From Octopus sinensis (taxonomy: Eukaryota), in the NCBI RefSeq assembly GCF_006345805.1, contig NW_021826546.1:1-12231 (forward strand): 12,231 nucleotides of DNA, read 5' to 3'. Below are positions 1 through 8,413 of the stretch, piece after piece (positions within the stretch are counted from its first letter, which is position 1; each line of letters opens with the position of its first letter). A program made the position numbers and the translations under genes. The notes under the pieces are model-generated. The model was not told where the DNA came from. It worked only from the letters and a program-made list of their open reading frames with translations, and made no database searches.

Positions 1-214
1 GTTAATGAAAATTGAATTTAGGTTGTGCATAAAAGTTGTAAATCATTACTAACCTGGTCAATGTAGCGAGTTGTGTCTTCATACTGTTTTTCCTTTCCCG
101 GGAAGTAGATTTGAGTCCTCGATTTTGTTATTTAAGGTCCTTCTGTAGTTTTTTCACTTTTTATACTATTTTCTATATATCCAACCACGTGCTTTCACAC
201 ATCACTTTCTCACC

Positions 215-340
215 TATATCTATATATATATATATATTATATAATATATATATATTATATCTATAATATATATATATATGTATTATTACATGCCCCTATA
301 AATGCACACATGCATATAAGCATATAACATATATATATAG
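215..340. repeat. (TA)n-rich microsatellite
   Basis: Directly visible interrupted TA dinucleotide run. Confidence 0.9.
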
Positions 341-344
341 GGAG

Positions 345-1443
345 ACAAAACCAGTGTTTTCGGAGATTTAATCAATGAGATTTAAGCAACGAAATCCTGA
401 AGATACTATTAACACTAATGAATTCACAGAATCGATTTCTTCCAAAAATTTGAATAATGTCTAAAAGAATTAATATCATTGTTCTTGTATCTAACACGCT
501 TCATGCTCGTTGTAGTCAATTGGGAGGAAAAGTATATAGGTGTAATTCTTCAAATACTAGTTTTTCTTCTCCGACTGGGTGCCCTCTCTGGAAAAATACT
601 GCATACCGTAAATCCTCGAGTATAATCCGCAATTTTTCCCCAAAATTTAAAGGTCAAAATCCCTAGTACGTACTATATACGAGGTAAAAATGAAAAATAT
701 TTTCTAAGCAATCTCCGAGTCTCTATTTGCCGTCCGGCAATGTTTATTCAGACGAATTTTGTGATGTCAATCACCCATTACCTGCAGTAAGCAACATTTA
801 TTAAACGTTATTACTGTTATTACTGTTATTTCTGTATTTTCTGCAAACAAAATGCACAAAAAAATGCTACACATTTGCATTATGTTATATATACAATAAT
901 AATAAAGGACGTTACTGTACACATTTTTACAAACCAAAGACATTATATAGACCTCCTTGACTCAAGTTAGAGAAGGGGTGCGTATTATACACAGGGTTTA
1001 GGTTTTTCAGAGGTACAGCCCCCTAAAAATCCCCTGCGTATTATACTCAAGGGTGGACTATACTCAAGGATTTACGGTATGTACGGAAAAGGCTCTTAAT
1101 AGAAGGAGATGTTACAAAGCTTTCACTACAGACATTTTTTAAAAAATACGATTTAATGTGCACAGAGATTCCTTTCCGAGACCAAGCCTTGTGCATTTAT
1201 TTCGTAAGCGGAGCACGCCTGGAATTTAATTCTAAAGGCCTTGGTTTCAAACTTGAATGGAAATGTCTTAATTCGGTGCAACCTTGGCAGGGACGTAGGC
1301 ACAGTTGTCGTATGTGTATTCGAAGGACTCTGGAAATTCTGGTGGTAGACAAACATTTGTTAAATAGAAAGAACGAAGTGTTAATCACCTGCAATCACAA
1401 ATTGCTAAAAACCTTCAAATATTACAAGATACATATAAAATAT
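345..1443 (+). pseudogene. Decayed Penelope-like element 3' ORF (linker plus GIY-YIG endonuclease region), split by a MITE
   Basis: ORF 1156 reads FKLEWKCLNSVQPWQGRRHSCRMCIRRTLEILVVDKHLLNRKNEVLITCNHK, matching the PLE GIY-YIG C-terminal pattern W-I-..PY..CxLC..EKLxI..LLNKRxE..CxH. A frameshifted AEHAWNL lies just before it (cf. SKHIWEL). ORF 457 gives RCN...GCPL before the MITE (cf. CNC..CPLxGKC). Confidence 0.7.
606..1077. mobile_element. Non-autonomous Tc2/pogo-like DNA transposon (MITE), 472 bp
   Basis: 23-bp TIRs: CCGTAAATCCTCGAGTATAATCC (606-628) versus the reverse complement of 1055-1077, 21/23 identical. TA target duplication at 604-605 and 1078-1079. CCGTA termini are typical of Tc2-type elements. 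Confidence 0.9.
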
Positions 1444-1744
1444 TGTTTGTTCCTTCTCGAGCCATGTGTGGCTCATCAGGGCCGGTCTCCCGGTTTCCTT
1501 GGCGTATAGGTTCCCCACCTGGATGTGACGCCAGTCCGTTGCAGGTGAGCTGCAAGATGCAGGAGGAAAGAGTGAGAGAAAATTGTGGCGAAAGAGTCAG
1601 CAGAAGTTCGCCATTACCTTCTGCCAGAGCCGCGCGGGGCTTAGGTGTTCCGCTCATAAACACACACATCACCCGGTCTCAGATTCGAACCCGCGATACC
1701 TCCACCGCGAGTCCGCTGCTCTAACCACTAGGCCATGTGCCTCC
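1444..1744 (-). mobile_element. Full-length tRNA-derived SINE with target-site duplication
   Basis: On the minus strand: A box TGGCCTAGTGGTT, B box GGTTCGAATC and an AACAAACAA tail. Flanked by the direct repeat ATATAAAATAT (1433-1443 and 1745-1755). Confidence 0.9.
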
Positions 1745-2078
1745 ATATAAAATATGATGACTTGTAATCACATCCCCCCCCTTTTTTTTATCGCGGTTGG
1801 GCATAAAATTTATGGATGTAACTCCGTCTCAATTTATTAACTAGAATTTTCCCGGAATTACATCTAGTAACTCCTTAATCCTCTGTTTCCTTCCATTAAC
1901 TATTTTTCTGGGTAATGATTTATTGTTGTGTATTTGTCCGCATTTTGATTTCCATGAAGAAATCGGACGAAGAGGTTGGGCCATTCTTTTATACGCTTTA
2001 CTGTATTTGTTTAATTCATCATATATTTAATATCATGTAATTGGATTGACATACGATGTGGCCGTCGATGTTAAAGTT

Positions 2079-2113
<35 letters not shown>

Positions 2114-2134
2114 TATACATATATATATAGGGAG

Positions 2135-2328
2135 AGTTTACGAAAAAAGAAAAGACGAAGACAGGTGGTGTACAAAGCAATCAGATGTATTAGTATAACG
2201 CTCAGGAACAGAAAAAAGTCTTTACGATTTCGAGCCTACGCTCTTCTACAGAAAGGGACACAGAAAAAGCAAGGACATAAACAAGGAGAGAAAAATGTGT
2301 GTAGTGGCTAACGATCTATCATGGCGAC
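2135..2328 (-). mobile_element. Short dispersed repeat, probable PLE terminal repeat (pLTR) with a relic hammerhead-like motif
   Basis: 2135-2261 aligns in inverted orientation with 8298-8413. The minus strand contains CTTT-CTGTAGA-A-GAG cgtagg CTC-GAAA-tcg-TA-AAG. Confidence 0.55.
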
Positions 2329-2772
2329 TGATATATATATATATGATACCTGCATGCGTGTGTCTTATATATTCGTGAATAGTATATGTATATTTATGAG
2401 CGCATATATGTGTGTATACATGAATATATGTGGGTGTCTATGTATGTACATAAACCTGTGTGCGTGTGTATGTTTGTGTGTTTTGTGTTGGTGGGGATAT
2501 TATGTGTGTGTACGTGAGTGTGTGTGTTTGTGAGTGTGTGTGTGGGGGTATGTGTGGGTGTATAAGTGTGTGTGTTGTATTTATCAGGGGTTCATACACA
2601 GACCCATATACACACACCAGACTAAACTCTGGGATCAATGAAAAACGGCTCATGCATTCAAACACAAGCACATATATACACACACACATAGAGACGTGCA
2701 CACACACACACACACACATACTCACACCATTCTGACCTCTTAGACCATATACGTATATATATATATATATAT
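2329..2772. repeat. Compound low-complexity (TA)/(TG)/(CA) tract
   Basis: A TG-rich half is followed by a CA-rich half. The ORFs here are V/C/Y/H/T-rich artefacts. Confidence 0.85.
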
Positions 2773-3239
2773 ACTACCAAACAAACATTATTTTTATTGA
2801 ACTCAAAATACTTATTGTGTTCCCTTCCTTGAATACGTTCATGTAAACTGTTTTTAACATTTTCTTATCATTATCAAAGATTGTATAATTGTATTTTAAT
2901 ACTTTTGTGATAACAATTTGTAACACAACAAAGCTTATACAAAGGTTTACATTTTACTTTTGATAATCTTTATCTAAAAAAGTGAAACCGGTCAAGTCTA
3001 TAAAGATCTCTAAAAGACATTTGCATTTTCAAACTTTCTTTCATATATATATATATATATATACGTTTAAATATTTGTTGTGCAAGATTTTTTATGTGAA
3101 GTCGTGTGTTGAAACAGATATTGTTGTATTTAGGAATGGTCATTTTGCCAGTTTAGCCAATAAAAACACACGCACTATATATTTGGTATTACTTTGCTTT
3201 AGTGTTATTTATTTTTTACATTAATCTTAATCTTATTTC

Positions 3240-3283
3240 GGCCAGAGTTCTTTCGTCACACTCCTGTGACCGCATCAGCGGTC
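3240..3283 (-). ncRNA. Variant hammerhead-like motif in the left foldback arm
   Basis: GACCG-CUGAUGC-G-GUCACA ggag UGUGAC-GAAA-GAAC-UC-UGGCC. A9 is replaced by C. Confidence 0.4.
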
Positions 3284-3694
3284 TTTGTATTCTTCTTACT
3301 TATTTGTGTCTCACCTTACTAACCGTCAGCCATTTTGTATTTCTATTGTATGTCTTCATTTGCGCATGCTTATATCTCTATGTGCGTTTATGTTTATTTA
3401 GTGTGTGTGTGGGGGGGATGCCTGTAATATTTGTATCTTCTGTTTATATATGTTCATGTAATTTGTAATTTTATATGTTCATGTAATTTGTATTTTGTAT
3501 TTTGTATTTTGTTTTTTGTTTTTGCTGTTTTTGTTTATTCTTATTTTGTTCATGTGTTTACATCCACCCATTATTATCATTACATATGTTGTATGTATGT
3601 ATGTATGTATGTATAACAACAATACTAGTAATAATAAATAATAAATCGAAAAAAAAAATATATATACGTATATATATATATATATATATATACA

Positions 3695-3727
<33 letters not shown>

Positions 3728-3778
3728 CATATACATACACATATACATACACATATATGTATATGTATATGTATATGC

Positions 3779-3811
<33 letters not shown>

Positions 3812-4170
3812 TTTTCGATTCAATTTATTATTATTATTACTAGTATTGTTGTTATACATACATACATACATAATACATACATACAAGCATATGTAATGAT
3901 AATAATGGGTGGATGTAACCTACGAACAAAATAAGAATAAACAAACACAAAAAACAAATACAAAATACAAATTACATGAACATATAAAATTACAAATTAC
4001 TGAACATATATAAACAGAAGATACAAATATTACAGGCATCCCCCCCATGCACACACTAAATAAACATAAACGCACATAGAGATATAAGCATGCGCAAATG
4101 AAGACATACAATAGAAATACAAAATGCTGACGGTTGTAAGGAGAGACACAAATAGTAAGAAGAATACAAA

Positions 4171-4214
4171 GACCGCTGATGCGGTCACATGAGTGTGACG
4201 AAAGAACTCTGGCC
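4171..4214 (+). ncRNA. Variant hammerhead-like motif in the right foldback arm
   Basis: GACCG-CUGAUGC-G-GUCACA ugag UGUGAC-GAAA-GAAC-UC-UGGCC. Type I topology, 6-bp stem II, imperfect stem I, A9 replaced by C. Confidence 0.4.
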
Positions 4215-4343
4215 GAAATAAGATTAAGATTAATGTAAAAAATAATAACACTGAAGCAAAGTAACCCCATATATATTAGTGCGTGTGTTTTTATTGGCTA
4301 AACTAGCAAAGTGACCATTCTTAATACAACAATATATATATAT

Positions 4344-4399
<56 letters not shown>

Positions 4400-4414
4400 A
4401 TATATTTATAATCA

Positions 4415-4855
4415 GGAGTGGCTGTGTGTAATTAGCTTGCTTACAAACCACATGGTTCCAGGTTCAGTCCCACTGCATGGCACCTTGGGTAAGTGTCTTC
4501 ACTATAGCTTCGGGCCGACCAAAGCCTTGTGAGTAGATTTGGTAGACGGAAACTAAAAAAAGCCTGTCGTATATACATATATATATATAATATATATAAT
4601 ATATGTTGTGGTGTGTGGTGTGTGTGTGTGTGTGTGTGTATAGGCTTGTGTGTCTGTGTTTGTCCCGCCCATCGCTGGTGTGTTTACGTCCCCGTAACTT
4701 AGCGGTTCGGCAAGAGAGACGATAGAATAAAAAAAGGCTTACAAAGAATAAGTCCTGTGGGGTCGATTTGCTCGACTAAAGGCGGTGCTCCAGCATGGCC
4801 GCGTCAGTCAACAGTAAAATGACTGAAAATATAAAAAATAAAAGAATAAAAGAAT
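4415..4855 (+). mobile_element. tRNA-derived SINE (octopus-type, CORE-like) with an internal microsatellite
   Basis: A-box-like TGGCTGTGTG, B-box-like GGTTCAGTCCC (4461-4471), CORE-like CCTTGGGTAAGT, an internal (TA)/(TG) tract and an AAAAGAAT tail. Homologous to 6448-6895. Confidence 0.9.
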
Positions 4856-4946
4856 ATGTATATATGTCTAATATATGATATATAATATATATATTATATA
4901 TATATTATTATATAAATATATATGAATATAATATATTATATATATA

Positions 4947-5488
4947 TACTAGCAGTATATTATATAAGTTCTTTATTTCAAACCAAACTCAGTAACATCG
5001 ACTCAAATTTGGGCGAAATCCGTTGAAATTGGTTTATATATATGGGCAACACACACACACACATAGGCACACGTACGTACGTACACATATTGCATACATG
5101 ATTTTTGTACGCATACATGTTCGTGTGTGTGTGTGAGCGCGCGCACGCCTGTCTGTGTGTGTTGCCCATATATCAACAAAACACTTTTTCCCTCGATGGA
5201 AAAAAAAACAACAAAAGTCTTAACAAAAACCTACTCGTCGCTAGAAGGGGACTTAACTCCTGTTTGCAAACAATGGTGATTTCTCCGACTTGAAAATTGT
5301 TAAAAGTTTTTGTTGAATTTTATTTTTACTGCTATTCGCTGGTGCATCTGGGAAAAATAAGTTGACGAAAATACAGCTAGGATCATGACGAATGTCGTCC
5401 TAAAATTGGAGCGACATGCGTGCTAATTGTGGACGTGCATAAATTGCATTCACGTACCACACACACACTGCCTTTTACTTATACAGAT
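4947..5488 (+). mobile_element. Possible Helentron/DINE-1/Lep1-like non-autonomous element
   Basis: Starts TACTAGCAGTAT, contains CAAATTTGGGCGAAATCCGTTGA and (CA)n, and ends CTGCCTTTTACTTATACAGAT. This layout recalls such elements; the call is by recognition only. Confidence 0.4.
5038..5173. repeat. 136-bp hairpin or mini-MITE with perfect 20-bp inverted ends
   Basis: ATATATGGGCAACACACACA (5038-5057) is the exact reverse complement of 5154-5173. Confidence 0.8.
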
Positions 5489-5603
5489 ATACATCTATCT
5501 ATCTCTATATATACATAATATAATATATTATATATATTATATATATATATATATAAATATATAATATATATATATATATATAATATATATATATATATAT
5601 AAT

Positions 5604-5649
<46 letters not shown>

Positions 5650-5680
5650 CTCTATCGGGTATATAAGATATATATATGCA
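5489..5680. repeat. (TA)n microsatellite, interrupted
   Basis: Directly visible. Confidence 0.9.
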
Positions 5681-5681
5681 C

Positions 5682-6350
5682 ATTACTCTATCGGATGTTG
5701 TTACAATTGCTGGCCACAATGCAATTCCAAAGCTTTCTTGGTTGCGTCATTCTTGATACCTCCATTTTGACCCAAATCATTTATCTGAGTTGTCTTCCCA
5801 TTGTTGTGGAGACATTCCAAAACAGCTTTTTCCCGATCTCTGGATTACCATTCAGTAACTACACGTCTCTATGTACTGTCTGTTAACATTGCGACATGTC
5901 CAACCTAGAAGAACTTGTGTTTTCTCTATTTACGTGTGTCACACGGAATCTCCTTGAGAACTACGTCAAGGCCATACGCTTGTATGTGAAGTGCTCAGCC
6001 ACTTGCACATTAAATTCACGAGCAGGCCGTTCCGTTGATAGGACCAACTAGAACACTCGTCGTCGTAAACGATGGAGAGCCAGTATGTGGGTGTGTAAAA
6101 CAACCCGTTGGCATCCTTTGTATTATTGTCCCAAATTGTTACCAGTCTTTTTTGAGTTTTCTTTATCATCTCTTCTCTCATGTGGGTGATATGCGATCGA
6201 AGAAGCGATGTAACTCGATACCACTTGAGTACAATTGCACTTGCCTACATGATATCCCTCCTCTCTGCATCTCAGATAATAATCGTTGGGTTTTAAAATA
6301 GATTCTTTATATTTTCGTTTTCCTAACGAAATGAGGCAAGGCCTCCACAC
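5682..6350 (-). mobile_element. Highly decayed repeat with degenerate CCHC zinc-knuckle-like remnants (gag/ORF1-like)
   Basis: GC-richer than its flanks. YLRCREEGYHVGKC (6278-6237) is two point changes away from CX2CX4HX4C. The 3' end is shared with 8534-8569. Confidence 0.35.
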
Positions 6351-6447
6351 AGGGTTAAGGGTTACAGCATTATTATTTTATTCTTCTATAGTTGCATTTT
6401 TAGAACAAACGTATGAACTGAATTTAATGAAATATCAATGATACTAA

Positions 6448-6895
6448 TTTATCTTTCAAATCTCTAACTTTCTTCGGTCATTGGGCTGTGGCCATACTGG
6501 AGCCTCCCTGAGGCGGGGTGTTGGGGCAGTTAGTATAAACAAGATGACCCACGCACTTATTTTCTTAAGTCTGTCGTCTATTCAATCGTCCTCTTTTGCC
6601 GAACCGCTTGATTACGGGAATGCAAACACACCTGCACTGGTCGTCAAGCGACGGTGGGTGAGAAACACAAAGCAGGCCTTCTGCGCGCACACCCCCCCCC
6701 CCCACCCACACACACACCTGCATATTTATATACAGGACGGGCTCCTTTCGGTTTCTGCTTACTAAGTCCACACAGAAAGTTTTTAGCCAGCGCGGAGTTA
6801 TAGTAGAAGACGTTTGTCCGCAGTACCATGCAGTGGGACTGAACCCAAGACCACAGTGTTGTAACGCAACCTGCTTACCCACATAGCCATGAGTG
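6448..6895 (-). mobile_element. Older copy of the same or a related tRNA-SINE family as 4415-4855
   Basis: The minus strand reads TGGCTATGTGGGTAAG...GGGTTCAGTCCCACTGCATGG...AGCGGTTCGGCAAAAGAG...GCTCCAGTATGGCC, colinear with the 4415 copy. Confidence 0.85.
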
Positions 6896-7008
6896 TACCA
6901 GTTGTTCACTGACTGTTATTTTTTTTGCTCCGATGTAATATGTATTGTGTATATATTGGAGCTTACATTACAACCAATGAAACTGATATATATATATATA
7001 CATATATG

Positions 7009-7981
7009 TTTATCGGCCTCCTTAATTGGTATTTTTTCCTCGTCTTTTAAATTCTTTAGCGCGTGCCATTCACTCTTGCTGAAGTTTGATTTGTGTTTTA
7101 GTTTGTGTGCACGTTGTTATGAGTAATTCAAAATGAATTTATAGAAATTGTCAAGGGCTTTGTTCTTACATCTTGTTGAGGCATAGTTCCTGTTATTCCT
7201 TGCTATCGACTCGTCACGTTTGTTTTTGTGCGTCTTAATTTTCTATAGATTTCAGAATGTTTTTTTTTTTATTTCGTTGTAATTGTATCGTTGAGGGGGG
7301 TTGGCATGAATTTGAGCCCTTCAGAGAGTATGCAAATTTGTTTTGTTGTTAATTATTTGTTTGATGAATTAATGATTTCGATCATTTTTAGCTTCACACG
7401 AACGTATGATGCCACTGGGTCTCTCTCTTTCTGTGGACAAGGTCGAAGATATGGTTAAAGTAGTCAAGCTGATTGATGTGTAATTTACAGTGAGCATTTG
7501 TAGTATAGGACTGCTCGGTGTGTTTCAGTATTTCATGATCCATTGGTGTATTTCGGGGAAAATTTGTTGGTATTTTTTTTCAGTATGGCGGAGGTTTTTA
7601 ATTGGATTATTCAGTGAGCTTTTGAAATATAAGTTCCACTGGAATGTTTCAGGGAGATTTCGTTGATTGTTTCTCCTTATGAAGAGGTAGCTGTAATGTC
7701 GACCTCAAATTGCTATTTCTTATTCCAACAGACCCTTTTGCTACCACTCCCATCAACCAAAGAAATCAACAACCACCATCACCAACAGTACTACAGCTAC
7801 TGTCCCATCAACCACCACCTGCTTACAACCATTTTTATTAAAGGGCCATCACTGCCAACTAGCAAAAAGCAGAAGGTAATGAAATACAGTATCCTGTGAT
7901 CTTCGCAAGAAACATATGTGAACTTCTAGAATTGATATTGTGACATATGGTGTAATTATAAGCAGGGCGAATTTTAGCCAT
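7009..7981 (-). pseudogene. Decayed Penelope-like element ORF, N-terminal region preceding the RT core
   Basis: The minus strand reads LEVHICFLRRSQDT (~7930-7890), EIINSSNK*LTTKQICILSEGLKFMPTP (~7385-7295), SEIYRKLRR, KNKALDNFY and SNFSKSEWHALKNLKDEEKIPIKEADK (ending at 7009). These match, in the correct order, the PLE motifs HLxFLxRC, VINLS..LT..E..LLSKGLKFxPTP, FxRKLRL and SNLSKEE..ALK.LK.D..I.IKxADKG. Confidence 0.8.
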
Positions 7982-8013
7982 TTCTTCAGAGACTGAAAAA
8001 AAAAAAAAAAAAC

Positions 8014-8073
8014 GATGAACAGCCTTAATCGATTTTCGATCCTTATTGGGTTCTCATCAGAGGCGCCCACATC
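8014..8073 (-). ncRNA. Type I hammerhead ribozyme
   Basis: GAUGUGGGC-GCCU-CUGAUGA-GAACC caauaa GGAUC-GAAA-AUCGAU-UA-AGGC-UGUUCAUC. The catalytic core is complete and the G10.1-C11.1 pair is present. Stem I is GCCU/AGGC plus distal GAUG/CAUC, and helix III is the palindrome AAUCGAUU. Predicted cleavage is after UUA, between 8026 and 8025. Confidence 0.85.
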
Positions 8074-8297
8074 ATTTTGACAATATCCGTAAAAACAATC
8101 TGCCAATCTGTTTATATACTGAACAAATGTAGCAGTTTTTCTATGAAGGAATCCCTAATTTGCATACCGAAAGTGTTTAATTTCCCTCTATAAATATCAG
8201 CGTTATATATATATATCTATATATATATATCCACCTACCCACCGTGATTGACCGCAAGCTCCAAAAGTTGTTTTTTTTATTCTCTGTTTATTTCATC

Positions 8298-8413
8298 GTG
8301 TTCCTTTCTGTAGACTTGAAACGTAAAAGACTTTCTCACCTTCCAGAGCGTTAAACTAATACACCTGTTTGTTGTTTATACACCTATCTTCGTCTTCTCT
8401 TTTTGTGTAAATT
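8298..8413 (+). mobile_element. Second copy of the 2135-2261 repeat, with a 10-nt deletion in the hammerhead-like stem II
   Basis: CTTT-CTGTAGA-ctt-GAAA-CG-TA-AAAG at 8304-8329. The rest is colinear with the reverse complement of 2135-2261. Confidence 0.7.

Larger units (their letters stand above)
3118..4335. repeat. Large inverted repeat (foldback) with arms of about 550 bp (3118-~3667 and ~3803-4335) and a microsatellite spacer
   Basis: The arms are reverse complements throughout, and the ORF track shows near-identical peptides on opposite strands (3202+ versus 3920-; 2982+ versus 4230-). Roughly 90% identity judged by eye. Confidence 0.95.

Noticed and set aside
1-190. Possible CR1-like LINE relic on the minus strand (KKLQKDLK*QNRGLKSTSRER)
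   Set aside because: The similarity is too weak to support by eye.
335-345. TATAGGGAGA (also at ~2126-2135), resembling the T7 promoter 3' end
   Set aside because: It lacks TAATACGACTCAC and is explained by a (TA)n run abutting GGGAGA.
391-439. GAAATC-CTGAAGA...TC-GATTTC hammerhead-like arrangement
   Set aside because: There is no GAAA and no G10.1-C11.1 stem II, and it lies within the apparent PLE coding relic, so it is likely chance.
1455-1497. SINE tail with GAAAC, CUGAUGA and a GAGCC/GGCUC hairpin (minus strand)
   Set aside because: There is no stem I, no UH site and no GAAA after the hairpin, so it cannot fold as a hammerhead.
1935-1975. ATGAAGA-AATCGGAC-GAAG downstream of the plus-strand PLE, where a pLTR hammerhead might be expected
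   Set aside because: It has too many core mismatches and no stem I.
2321-4451. Numerous ORFs rich in I/Y/C/V/H/T
   Set aside because: They are translations of microsatellites and AT-rich repeat arms. The same applies to the poly-I/Y/N ORFs at 8506-9013 and 10274-11104.
4415-4480. tRNA gene-like A and B boxes (also at 1680-1744 and 6830-6895)
   Set aside because: These are SINE heads that continue into SINE bodies and have no proper cloverleaf.
6351-6364. AGGGTTAAGGGTTA as a telomeric repeat or a piggyBac end (AGGG-TTAA)
   Set aside because: There are only two imperfect units and no matching TTAA-CCCT partner end was found.
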